Source: an uncultured Oscillospiraceae bacterium (GTDB lineage Bacteria > Bacillota > Clostridia > Oscillospirales > Oscillospiraceae). From it: a stretch of DNA of 48,627 bases. The translations under genes and the position numbers were made by a program. Where the stretch lies: assembly GCA_964560245.1 (NCBI GenBank), contig CAZLLC010000002.1, positions 1 through 48,627 of the forward strand. Reading direction: 5' to 3'. Position 1 is the stretch's first letter; the number at the start of each line of letters is the position of its first letter. Shown piece after piece: positions 1 through 9,444 of the stretch. The notes under the pieces were generated by a model, which was given only the letters and a program-made list of their open reading frames with translations, was not told where the DNA came from and searched no databases.

Positions 1-200
1 AATTCCTGCTGAACGAAAATAGTCTTGAAATGTAATTGATCACCAATGTGGCGATTGGAGCTGTCAGATATGACAATGGAGGAATACTGCAAAGCAGTTT
101 GTTCCGTGGTCGTGAAGATGTATTCGCAATTATTTCTGACTAATATAGGACAATTAGGGCGGTCACTGACACCAATTCGCAAAACCAACCTATATCAATA

Positions 201-256
201 ACACAGACCAGTTCATATTTTTGCCGCAACCGGCGAAAATATGAACTGGTCTGTGT
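201..256. repeat. Long hairpin: 26-bp stem with one G-T pair and a 4-nt loop; possible terminator or relic structure
   Basis: ACACAGACCAGTTCATATTTTTGCCG-caac-CGGCGAAAATATGAACTGGTCTGTGT. Confidence 0.75.
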
Positions 257-537
257 ATTTGCTTGATTTGAAAAGCTGGAAAAGGAAAATGCAGAGCTCT
301 GTGCGCAATTAGGCATATCGGACACCGTCAAAACTGTCAAAAAAGTTAGCAGAACTTAAAGATATCAGTTTGCAAATACAGCGCTCCTACGGAAAAGATC
401 CAGCGGTTCATTATGGGGATGTTTTTTTGATGATGTATCTCCAGGGCTGTCCGCAAATCGTCGGATATATGTTTTCGGTATGATACTTTCTGCAATCTAT
501 TTGATGTTCAGAAAACTCGGCAGCCACTTTCCTGCAT

Positions 538-2133
538 TTATGGATTCTTAACAGCCTGGGCAACCAGGTTATAGTCATTAGTCAAAATAGTATCAATACC
601 CATATCCAAAAACTGCTTTGCTTCATCAGGATCGTCTGACCAAAACACATTGCAGAGAATACCGTGTGCGTGGGCTTTTTTCACGGTTTCCGCATTAAAG
701 TAGGGTTTGTACAGCTGCACCTTGTAAGCGCCCAGCTCGATGGCTCTGTCCACCATAGACATAGGGTCTTCGTTTCCGTCCCAGCCTACACAGCAACGGA
801 TGTCCGGCGCATATTCCATAACCTGACGGATGATCTTGTCGTTGGAGGTCATAAAGTAGGCGTGATTTTGGGCATCGTACTTTCGAATGAGCGCCACGAT
901 CTGCTGGATCATAGGTTCGGGGGCGTCCGCGTCCCAAATCTTTACGTGGATATTCATAACGGTTCGTCCGGCAAAGTGACGCAGAATCTGCTCAAAGGTG
1001 GGGATCTTCAAGCCCCGGAACTCCTCTGCATGCTTTACGCCAAAGTCCAGTGCCAATAGCTCCTCGTAGGTATGCTCATAAATTTTTCCGTGGCCGTTAC
1101 TGACCCGGTCAAGGGTGTCATCGTGGCAGGAGACCAATACACCGTCCTTGGTTGTCCAAATATCAAATTCGATCTCCTCCGCACCCATAGCCACAGCTGC
1201 ACCGAATGCGGGCATACTGTTTTCCGGAGCAACGGTGTTAAACCCCCTGTGGGCGCAAACCCGGGGGTAAGGCATCTGCGCATCAGGCAAAACCACGGAT
1301 GCGCCTGCGTTACGGTATTGCCAGGGTTTTCTTCCCTGTTCAATGTATTCATAGTGGGGCGCATCTGGATTTCCGAAGCCTGCCGGTTTCAGGTATTTCT
1401 GCCGGGGATCAAATTCTACCGCAAGTATACCAAACTTGCCGCCCATATTTCCAAGCACCTTACCCTCGGGGGATACCGCCATGCTGGCGCCGCATACTGT
1501 GGCGTTTTCGTCAAAGCTCACCGAGGAACGGAGCACATAGGCGTTTGTATTGTATGCAAGAAAACGGCACATGGTTTCGATTGCGTCATGACTGTCACTG
1601 CGCTGCAAAGAGCAGCCGATGATAATGTCCACCTGTTCCCGGGCGATTTGGGGGAAGGCTTCGTAGAAGTAGAAATCATAGCAGGTCAGAAAACCGTACC
1701 GCAGACCGTCAAGCTCTAAAATATACGGCGGGGCAGGCTGGAGGGTATAGTCAGAATCCAAACCCATATTCAGCTCCAGGGGCGGCAAATGTTTTTTGAA
1801 GTATTTGCCTGCCAGTGCGCCGGTGCGGTCAAAGCAATAGGTGGTATTGCGGTAGCCGGTCTGCTCGCAGGACAGGGCATTGACGAACACATTGGCTGCG
1901 CAACGCCTGGCAGTTTCGGCACATTTGGAAAGCAGGGTGTCAATGTATTTGTTGTGATAATAAAGGGTTTCTTCCAAAGTTGCCGTTGCACAGGGCACGT
2001 CGCTGTACTCGGGCAGAATAATGATATCCGCATCTTCGCTGCATTCATCAAGCAGCTTCAGTTTATAATTGAAAAAAATGTCGGAAAGGGCAGTGTCCCT
2101 GGAGTAGGGTGGCTGGAAAATATATGCTTTCAT
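538..2133 (-). CDS. Carbon-nitrogen hydrolase (nitrilase superfamily) fused to a glycerophosphodiester phosphodiesterase (GDPD)
   Basis: N-terminal triad motifs ILPEY / YFKKHL / TCYDFYF; C-terminal GDPD motifs AHRG, PENS, EFDIW, CHD and ILTND; SD GGAG upstream of ATG 2133 (TTG 2136 also possible). Confidence 0.85.
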   Translation of the reverse strand: MKAYIFQPPYSRDTALSDIFFNYKLKLLDECSEDADIIILPEYSDVPCATATLEETLYYHNKYIDTLLSKCAETARRCAANVFVNALSCEQTGYRNTTYCFDRTGALAGKYFKKHLPPLELNMGLDSDYTLQPAPPYILELDGLRYGFLTCYDFYFYEAFPQIAREQVDIIIGCSLQRSDSHDAIETMCRFLAYNTNAYVLRSSVSFDENATVCGASMAVSPEGKVLGNMGGKFGILAVEFDPRQKYLKPAGFGNPDAPHYEYIEQGRKPWQYRNAGASVVLPDAQMPYPRVCAHRGFNTVAPENSMPAFGAAVAMGAEEIEFDIWTTKDGVLVSCHDDTLDRVSNGHGKIYEHTYEELLALDFGVKHAEEFRGLKIPTFEQILRHFAGRTVMNIHVKIWDADAPEPMIQQIVALIRKYDAQNHAYFMTSNDKIIRQVMEYAPDIRCCVGWDGNEDPMSMVDRAIELGAYKVQLYKPYFNAETVKKAHAHGILCNVFWSDDPDEAKQFLDMGIDTILTNDYNLVAQAVKNP

Positions 2134-2176
2134 CAATCGTTACTCCTATTTATTCTAAAGTAGGTTTTTTATAGTA

Positions 2177-3031
2177 TCAATCGGTATGCCCGGAGTCTGC
2201 CGGATGCTGCTTTCTGAAGTTGTTGCGGGTCTGGATCGGGGTCTCTCCAAAAAACTGGCGATAGGTTTTGGTGAAGTAGGAACAGGAGTTGAAGCCTACC
2301 GACAAGGCAATGTCGTTCACAGGCTGATCCGTATCCTGCAGAAGCGTTTGAGCTGCCTGACACCGCACGCTGTTGAGAAAATGGATGATGGTGTCGCCGT
2401 AGGTGGCCTTAAAGGTGTGGGCAAGGTAATATTTATTCATATTAAAAAGGATGGCCAGCTTTTCCAATGTGATGTTTTCGTTAAAACGGGATCTTAAATA
2501 CAGATGAACGCCCGCCAGTGGATTAGGTGCGTTGATGCTTTGCACAGGAAGAGCCATCAGTTCCGAATTTCGAAGCGCGTACAGGATAAAGCTGTTGAAC
2601 TGGGTCTGCAGAGCACATTCCCAAAACGGCTCACGGATATTTCGCTCCCACTCGATTTGACGGATAAAGTCAAATACCCGGTCATAATCCTTGCTTGCAT
2701 CGATAAAGAAGGTTTGGCGTTCATTGGGGGTTTCGGAGGATAAGAAGGACAGATTTTCTACCTGCAAAACAGCATATTCCAGTTCTGCGTTGGGATGTAC
2801 AGATTCTGTGTGGGGGACATTTCTGTTGTTGATGATGATCATCCCTCGGCGGATCGGCACCTTCTGATCCTTTATATGGAAAAACCCTTGACCGTCCGTA
2901 ACAAACAGAATTTCTGCAAAGGTATGGGCGTGTAATGAGCCCTGATACCCCGGCTTAAAGCGGTACCGGCTGTAGTTGCGGCATCGAAAACTGAAATTGG
3001 AGTTATCGACGGCAATAAAAAACTGTCGCAC
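2177..3031 (-). CDS. AraC-family transcriptional regulator (cupin plus HTH)
   Basis: HAHTFAEILFV cupin motif and C-terminal IALSVGFNSCSYFTKTYRQFFGETP. The start is moved to GTG 3031 because it follows SD AAGGAGG, and the ORF-track ATG directly abuts the -10 box. Confidence 0.88.
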   Translation of the reverse strand: MRQFFIAVDNSNFSFRCRNYSRYRFKPGYQGSLHAHTFAEILFVTDGQGFFHIKDQKVPIRRGMIIINNRNVPHTESVHPNAELEYAVLQVENLSFLSSETPNERQTFFIDASKDYDRVFDFIRQIEWERNIREPFWECALQTQFNSFILYALRNSELMALPVQSINAPNPLAGVHLYLRSRFNENITLEKLAILFNMNKYYLAHTFKATYGDTIIHFLNSVRCQAAQTLLQDTDQPVNDIALSVGFNSCSYFTKTYRQFFGETPIQTRNNFRKQHPADSGHTD

Positions 3032-3073
3032 AGAATCCCTCCTTTTTTTGATCTGAAAATCTCGGTTGAACAT

Positions 3074-3102
3074 ATTATAAAATGGGCTTTTTACGATGTC
3101 AA
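3074..3102 (-). promoter_or_regulatory. Consensus sigma70/sigmaA promoter for the araC-nitrilase/GDPD unit
   Basis: Minus strand reads TTGACA (3102-3097), 17-nt spacer, TATAAT (3079-3074). Confidence 0.85.
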
Positions 3103-3298
3103 CAAAAAAACAATATGGTTATATAACGAAGCAAGATAGTGATATATTTTTGCGTCATTAAATGATATTATGATGGTGAGAATTTGGTTAGAAGAAACAA
3201 AAAACAAGGAACAATCAGGAAAAAATTGGAATATTGGACAATATGGACGACAAAAATTGACAGAAAGGAGTCTGCCCGTAGGCAGATCATATAGAAAA

Positions 3299-5464
3299 AT
3301 GGAACATAAGAATAAAGGCCGTGTAACGATTCCTACAGATGTGGATGTGGTACCCCAAACGATTGAATTGGTAGAAAAGTGGGGGGCAGATGCCATTCGG
3401 GACTGCGATGGAACGGATTATCCTGCTGAGCTGCGGAATGTGGATGCCAAGGTTTATGCCACATACTATACCACAAGAAAAGACAACGATTGGGCCAATG
3501 CCCATCCGGAGGAGGTACAGCAGATGTACATTATGACCGGTTTCCACAATGCTGTGGAGCCGGAGCTTACCATTCATCTGATGGATCACCTGTATCCGGA
3601 TATGCTGAAGGTCAACACCCGTGACGATATTAAAAGATGGTGGGAAGTGATGGACAGAACCACCGGTCAGGTAGTACCCACATCGGATTGGGATTACAGC
3701 GAGGCAACCGGTGATGTGACCATCCATAATGCCACCCCTTTCCACGACTATACAGTCAGCTTCCTGTGTTACATTATGTGGGATCCGGTACATATGTACA
3801 ACGCCGTGACCAACGGCTGGGATACCTCCAAGCGTCAGATCACCTTTGATGTGCGGCAGCCTCTGACCCGTGAGTTCACTATGAACCGGCTGCGTAAATT
3901 TATCGAAGAACATCCTTATGTGGATGTGATCCGGTTTACCACCTTCTTCCACCAGTTCACTTTGATTTTTGACGAACTGGCAAGAGAGAGGTTTGTGGAC
4001 TGGTACGGCTATTCCGCATCGGTCAGCCCCTATATCTTAGAGCAGTTTGAAAAGGAAGTGGGCTACCCCTTCCGCGCGGAGTATATCATCGACCAGGGGT
4101 ATATGAACAACCAGTACCGTGTGCCCTCCAAGGAATTTAAGGACTTCCAGGCCTTCCAGCGCCGGGAGGTGGCAAAGCTTGCCAGGGAAATGGTGGATAT
4201 TACCCACGAGATGGGCAAGGAAGCCATGATGTTCTTAGGCGACCACTGGATCGGCACAGAGCCCTTTATGGACGAGTTTAAGACCATCGGTCTGGATGCC
4301 GTGGTCGGCAGTGTGGGCAACGGTTCCACCTTGCGGCTCATCAGCGATATTGACGGTGTGCAGTATACCGAAGGCAGATTTTTGCCCTACTTCTTCCCGG
4401 ATACCTTCCACGAAGGCGGTGATCCGGTCAAAGAAGCAAAGGTCAACTGGGTGACAGCAAGACGGGCGATCCTGCGCAAGCCTATTGACCGGATCGGTTA
4501 TGGCGGCTATCTGAAGCTGGCTTTGGAATTTCCGGAGTTCATTGACTACGTGCAGAGCGTTTGCGATGAATTCCGTACCTTGTACGATAACATTCACGGT
4601 ACCACTCCCCACTGTGTAAAAACCGTGGCTGTCCTCAACAGCTGGGGTAAAATGCGTGCCTGGGGCAATCATATGGTCCATCACGCCCTGTATCAAAAGC
4701 AGAACTACTCCTATGCCGGTATCGTTGAGGCACTCTCCGGCGCGCCCTTTGATGTGCGGTTTATCAGCTTTGACGATATCCGCAGCGATCCTTCCATCCT
4801 GGACGGCGTGGATGTGATCGTCAATGTGGGTGATGCGGATACTGCCCACAGCGGCGGCTGGAACTGGAAGGACGAGACCGTTGTCACCGCCATCAAGAGG
4901 TTTATCTATAACGGCGGCGGATTCATCGGTGTAGGTGAGCCCAGTGCGTATCAGTGGGAAGGCCGTTACTTCCAGCTTGCCAATGTGCTGGGTGTGGAGA
5001 TGGAGCGTGGCTTCAATCTGAATATGGATAAGTACAACTGGCAGGAACACGAACACTTCATCTTAGCCGACTGCACCAAGGATGTGGATTTCGGAGAAGG
5101 TAAGAAGAATGTGTTCGCCCTGGATGGCACCACCATTCTGAAGCAGAAAGACAAGGAAGTGCAGATGGCTGTCAATCAGTTTGGTAAAGGCCGTACCGTT
5201 TATATCAGCGGTCTGCCCTATAGCTTTGAAAACAGCCGTATTTTGTACCGCTCCATAATTTGGGCATCCCATGATGAGGAGAACCTGTACAAGTGGTACA
5301 GCTCCAACTTCAACGTGGAAGTCCACGCCTATGTAAAAAATGGAAAGTATTGTGTTGTCAACAACACCTACGAGCCCCAAAATACGACCGTCTATACGGG
5401 AGATGGCAGCAGCTTTTCGCTGGACCTGGCGGCCAATGAGATCGTCTGGTATCAGATCGGCTGA
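3299..5464 (+). CDS. gnpA: GH112 1,3-beta-galactosyl-N-acetylhexosamine phosphorylase (GNB/LNB phosphorylase)
   Basis: GRVTIPTD, WGADAIRDCDGT, WDPVHMYN, RFTTFFHQFTL, VDWYGY, catalytic FLGDHWIG, RIGYGGY; start placed at MEHKNKGR by resemblance to family N-termini. Confidence 0.93.
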   Translation: MEHKNKGRVTIPTDVDVVPQTIELVEKWGADAIRDCDGTDYPAELRNVDAKVYATYYTTRKDNDWANAHPEEVQQMYIMTGFHNAVEPELTIHLMDHLYPDMLKVNTRDDIKRWWEVMDRTTGQVVPTSDWDYSEATGDVTIHNATPFHDYTVSFLCYIMWDPVHMYNAVTNGWDTSKRQITFDVRQPLTREFTMNRLRKFIEEHPYVDVIRFTTFFHQFTLIFDELARERFVDWYGYSASVSPYILEQFEKEVGYPFRAEYIIDQGYMNNQYRVPSKEFKDFQAFQRREVAKLAREMVDITHEMGKEAMMFLGDHWIGTEPFMDEFKTIGLDAVVGSVGNGSTLRLISDIDGVQYTEGRFLPYFFPDTFHEGGDPVKEAKVNWVTARRAILRKPIDRIGYGGYLKLALEFPEFIDYVQSVCDEFRTLYDNIHGTTPHCVKTVAVLNSWGKMRAWGNHMVHHALYQKQNYSYAGIVEALSGAPFDVRFISFDDIRSDPSILDGVDVIVNVGDADTAHSGGWNWKDETVVTAIKRFIYNGGGFIGVGEPSAYQWEGRYFQLANVLGVEMERGFNLNMDKYNWQEHEHFILADCTKDVDFGEGKKNVFALDGTTILKQKDKEVQMAVNQFGKGRTVYISGLPYSFENSRILYRSIIWASHDEENLYKWYSSNFNVEVHAYVKNGKYCVVNNTYEPQNTTVYTGDGSSFSLDLAANEIVWYQIG

Positions 5465-5536
5465 AAAGAGCGCTGTCTTCAGGGAATACCTGTGCGGCAC
5501 AGAAGAAAGACGGTATGATCTTGAAGAGGGAAAAGT

Positions 5537-7600
5537 ATGAACAATACGATTTTTAATTGTGTCTGGGCAGGTCCGGGGGAGAGAAAGAATGTAGAACTGT
5601 GTTTCTCTTGCCATTTGGAACAGAGCCGGGATATTACTATAGAGTTGGTAGCCAGAGATATCTATAATCTTTTTGTCAATGGCGTGTTTGTGTCCTATGG
5701 ACCGAGCCGCGGGGCAAAGGGCTACTGCCGTGTGGACCGTCTGGATATCAGCCCGTACCTGACGGAATCAGACAATCTGATCTGCGTTTATGTGCAGTCC
5801 AACTACACCGACGCCCTGTGCTTTGCAAAGGAAGACCCCCTGTTCGGCGCGAGGATCCTTCAGGGCGATAAAATTCTTAGGCAAACAGAAGATTTTCGGT
5901 GCAGCCATATGGCGGACAAGCTGAGTAAAGTGGAAAGAATGTCCAGTCAGCGCGGTTTTGTGGAAGTCTACGATATGAAGGCGGATCGGCAGAATGCCGT
6001 GTTCCCGGCACTGGAGACCCGGGAAGTAGCGTGTCCCAGGCTTTTGGACAGGGGCGTGTCTTACGCTCAGAACCGCCTGATTTCTGCCAGGAGCATTAAA
6101 AGCGGCAGAGCATACGCAGACAGCACAGCACACTGGGAAAACGATTTTACCAGACTTTTGGATTCCGGTCAGAAGCTGTCCGCCTTCCGTCGGGAGGAAT
6201 GTGACTGCGTGCTGAGCAAGGAATTGCTGCGTTTCCGGTTTACAGAGGAAGCACCACAGGGGACAGGCTATCGGCTTTTTGCCTTTGAAAAAGTGCATTG
6301 CGGAAAATTCAAGCTCCGTGTGAAAGCCGCCGGGAAAACCAATATTTGGCTGACCTACGACGATGTCCTCATAGACGGTTATGTGAAATTCAATCGGGAA
6401 CATATTATCCACGGTGTGAAGTGGATACTGGAAGACGGGGCGTACACCCTGTATTCTCAGGAGGTCTACACGGCCAGGTACATACAGCTTATCGTGCAAG
6501 GTGATGCGGAAATTGAAGAGGTATCGGTGATCTGCGTCGAAAATCCGGATGTGGAGCGTTTTGAGATGCCGTCGCTGGATCGGGAGCTGCAGATCATTGT
6601 GGATGCCGCAAAAAATTCCTTTGCTCAGAATGCCTACGACATTTTTACAGATTGCCCCTCACGGGAGCGAGCCGGCTGGTTGTGTGACAGCTACTTTTTG
6701 GCGAAGGCAGAGCGATTTTTCACCGGTGAGAACAAGGTGGAAAAAAACTTCCTGGAAAACTATCTGCTCTTCGAAAACGACGTATTTAAGCATAACGGCA
6801 TTATACCTATGTGTTATCCCTCTGAGATATCGATGGAAAACAGATATATTCCCAATTGGATCTTATGGTATGTGCTGGAGCTGGAGGACTATCGCAACCG
6901 CACGGACGATGTGCCGTTTGTTGCGCGGCATACCAGCCGTATCCGGGATATTTTGGAATTCTTTGCCGGGTATGAAAATGAATTCGGTCTTTTGGAAAAC
7001 CTGGAGGGCTGGGTATTTGTGGAATGGAGCCGGGCAACGGATTTTGTGGGCGGCGTCAATTTCCCCTCAAATATGCTTTATGCAGAGGCCTTGCGGGCAG
7101 CCGGCACACTGCTGGATGATGTTCACCTGATAGAAAAGTCTAAAGGCCTGAAAGCAAGGATTCTTAAGATGTCCTACAACGGCACAGTATTTATCGACAA
7201 TGCAGTCCGTGTGGACGGCGTGCTGAAGCTGACGGAGAATGTCAGCGAGCTGTGCCAAATCTTTGCCCAGTATTTTGATATTGCACCGCGGGACACCCGG
7301 TTTCGGGAGAATTTCAAAACCCGTTTCAGTCAATGCGATTATGAAGTCTGTCCGGCTGCTCTGTTTATTGGCGGTGTTTTACGGTTGATGTCGCTGATAA
7401 AAATGGGCGAGTATGCTCTGGCACTGGAAGAATCCAAAGAGCGATTCCTGAGTATGGCGGAGCGAACAGGAACGATTTGGGAACTGTTCAATGAAAATGC
7501 AAGCTGCAACCACGGTTTTGGGTCGATCATCGGAAAACTGATCTGTGAATCGGCAGAGCTTTTAAAGGCGAAAGGAGAAGATATTTGTGAAGCTTCGTAA
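5537..7600 (+). CDS. GH78-like alpha-L-rhamnosidase family glycoside hydrolase (no signal peptide)
   Basis: DCPSRERAGWLCD acid motif, FVEW, GTIWE base motif, SCNHGF. Confidence 0.82.
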   Translation: MNNTIFNCVWAGPGERKNVELCFSCHLEQSRDITIELVARDIYNLFVNGVFVSYGPSRGAKGYCRVDRLDISPYLTESDNLICVYVQSNYTDALCFAKEDPLFGARILQGDKILRQTEDFRCSHMADKLSKVERMSSQRGFVEVYDMKADRQNAVFPALETREVACPRLLDRGVSYAQNRLISARSIKSGRAYADSTAHWENDFTRLLDSGQKLSAFRREECDCVLSKELLRFRFTEEAPQGTGYRLFAFEKVHCGKFKLRVKAAGKTNIWLTYDDVLIDGYVKFNREHIIHGVKWILEDGAYTLYSQEVYTARYIQLIVQGDAEIEEVSVICVENPDVERFEMPSLDRELQIIVDAAKNSFAQNAYDIFTDCPSRERAGWLCDSYFLAKAERFFTGENKVEKNFLENYLLFENDVFKHNGIIPMCYPSEISMENRYIPNWILWYVLELEDYRNRTDDVPFVARHTSRIRDILEFFAGYENEFGLLENLEGWVFVEWSRATDFVGGVNFPSNMLYAEALRAAGTLLDDVHLIEKSKGLKARILKMSYNGTVFIDNAVRVDGVLKLTENVSELCQIFAQYFDIAPRDTRFRENFKTRFSQCDYEVCPAALFIGGVLRLMSLIKMGEYALALEESKERFLSMAERTGTIWELFNENASCNHGFGSIIGKLICESAELLKAKGEDICEAS

Positions 7601-8453
7601 AAAGAAAAAATGGGATCTGATAACCATCATCGTATTTGTTTTTTTGATGATCTATGCGCTGACCCTGCTTTATCCTTTCCTGTACCTGTTGATGGGTTCT
7701 TTAAACGATGCATGGGGGTTTATGCAGGATCCTTTGGGCATTCCGGAGAATATTACCTTCAAAAACTATGAAAATGTAATTTTTAATATGGCAGAGATTA
7801 CTTGTATGGAATCTTTGTCTTTGCAGAGTATGTTCTTCAACTCCCTCTCGCTTTCGTTGGGACTGACCACAGTTTCCATTATGATGCAGTCCGCAACAGC
7901 CTATGTGTTGGCAAAGTATGATTTCCGCGGCAACAGATTTTTGTATATGACCATCATCATAGCGGGTATGATTCCCACGGTTGGCGCGTTGCCGGCAACC
8001 TTTAAGCTGATGAATAACACCCATTTGGCTGGTACATACATCGGTATGATCCTGCTTCAGGCCGGTGCTTTTGGCGGCAGATTTCTGCATATGCATGCCT
8101 ACTATAAGTCTATCCCCTGGTCTTTTGCGGAAAGCGCTATGCTGGATGGCGCAAGCGATCTGCAGATATATCTGCGGATTATGATGCCGCTGGCAAAGAA
8201 GGCAATGACGACCTATTTCGTTTTAAGCTTCCTCGGCTTCTGGAACGACTATTGGTATCCCTCTCTGTTCTACGATCAGCATCCCACGTTGGCTGTTGGT
8301 CTGAGCCATATCTCTGTGGTTGCCACCGGTACCGGCAACTATCCGCTTCTGTTTGCAGCGATGCTGGTGACCGTTGTTCCGGTACTGATTATGTTTGCTG
8401 TGTTCCATAAGCAGATGCTTGGCAATGTTACGGGAGGAGGTATCAAGGAGTAA
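7587..8453 (+). CDS. Carbohydrate ABC transporter permease (MalG-type)
   Basis: Multiple TM segments, EAA-like ESAMLDGA, IMMPLAK, WNDY; GTG start overlapping the upstream gene. Confidence 0.92.
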   Translation: MKLRKKKKWDLITIIVFVFLMIYALTLLYPFLYLLMGSLNDAWGFMQDPLGIPENITFKNYENVIFNMAEITCMESLSLQSMFFNSLSLSLGLTTVSIMMQSATAYVLAKYDFRGNRFLYMTIIIAGMIPTVGALPATFKLMNNTHLAGTYIGMILLQAGAFGGRFLHMHAYYKSIPWSFAESAMLDGASDLQIYLRIMMPLAKKAMTTYFVLSFLGFWNDYWYPSLFYDQHPTLAVGLSHISVVATGTGNYPLLFAAMLVTVVPVLIMFAVFHKQMLGNVTGGGIKE

Positions 8454-8454
8454 T

Positions 8455-9417
8455 ATGAAAGCTTTAAAATTTAAAAGCGCATATGATGGTGCAAAAAACA
8501 AACCCGGTAAGGGATTGTCCAGAAAGACAAAACGCAAGCTGTTCATTATTGGTATGCTGGCGTTCCCTCTGCTGCAGTGGCTTGTGTTTTATGTCTATGT
8601 CAACATCGATTCCGTGCTGATGTCGTTTCAGTCTATGAACTACACAACCGGTAAAATGGAATGGTCATTAAATAATTTCAAGCGGTTTATACACGAATTC
8701 CAGGCGTTACCCCACATTAAAAACGCAATGATCAATTCCGCAATGGCAGGCGCGAACAACCTGGTGCTGTTGATGCTGTCCGTGATACTGTCCTACTTCT
8801 TCTACAGGAAAATGCCTGGCAGAAACTTCTTCCGTGTGGTGTATTTCCTACCGTCGATCATCTCCATTGTGGTCTATACCATGGTTTATAAGATGATGTT
8901 TGACACCAGTGTTGGTCCCATCAACATTTTGCTTCAGAACCTGGGCGTTGATCCGGCAAAATTGCCGGCGTGGTTTGGCAATACAAATCTTGCCTATAAG
9001 CTGGTGTTGCTCTACTGCCTGTGGGTGGGCACCGGATACAACATTTTGATCATAGGCTCTGCTATGGAAAATCTGCCTCAGGATGTGATGGAATACTCCT
9101 ATATGGAAGGCGTTGGCAGATTCAGAGAACTGTTCCAAATCGTGATCCCTATGATCTGGCCTACTATCTCGGTATCCATTTTGGGTAGTGTTACAATTAT
9201 GTTCACACTGTTTATACAGGTGGAAATGCTCACCGGCGGCGGTCCGGGACAATCATCTCAAACCATCGCCTATATGATCAACGGCCTGATCAAGAGCGCC
9301 AATGCAGATTTGGAATGGGCCGCTGCTATGGGCTTCTGCTTTACAGTAATTGCGACGCCTTTGGTGATCATTATGAAAAAGATCCTGGACAGGATCAGCA
9401 AGCATTTTGGTTACTGA
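8455..9417 (+). CDS. Carbohydrate ABC transporter permease (MalF-type)
   Basis: FFRVVYFLPSIIS, EYSYMEG loop, IVIPMIWPTI, LTGGGP; ATG 8455 follows the upstream stop, with GGAG upstream. Confidence 0.9.
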   Translation: MKALKFKSAYDGAKNKPGKGLSRKTKRKLFIIGMLAFPLLQWLVFYVYVNIDSVLMSFQSMNYTTGKMEWSLNNFKRFIHEFQALPHIKNAMINSAMAGANNLVLLMLSVILSYFFYRKMPGRNFFRVVYFLPSIISIVVYTMVYKMMFDTSVGPINILLQNLGVDPAKLPAWFGNTNLAYKLVLLYCLWVGTGYNILIIGSAMENLPQDVMEYSYMEGVGRFRELFQIVIPMIWPTISVSILGSVTIMFTLFIQVEMLTGGGPGQSSQTIAYMINGLIKSANADLEWAAAMGFCFTVIATPLVIIMKKILDRISKHFGY

Positions 9418-9444
9418 TAAGTCCGAAGAGAAAGGAGCGCTATT

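Noticed and set aside
3231..3244. Palindrome ATATTG-GA-CAATAT as an operator
   Set aside because: Short and AT-rich with no second copy noticed, and AraC proteins usually bind direct repeats, so support is insufficient
3032..3298. ORF-track N-terminal extensions of araC (3073) and GH112 (3170)
   Set aside because: They overlap promoter DNA; SD positions and family N-termini support starts at 3031 and 3299
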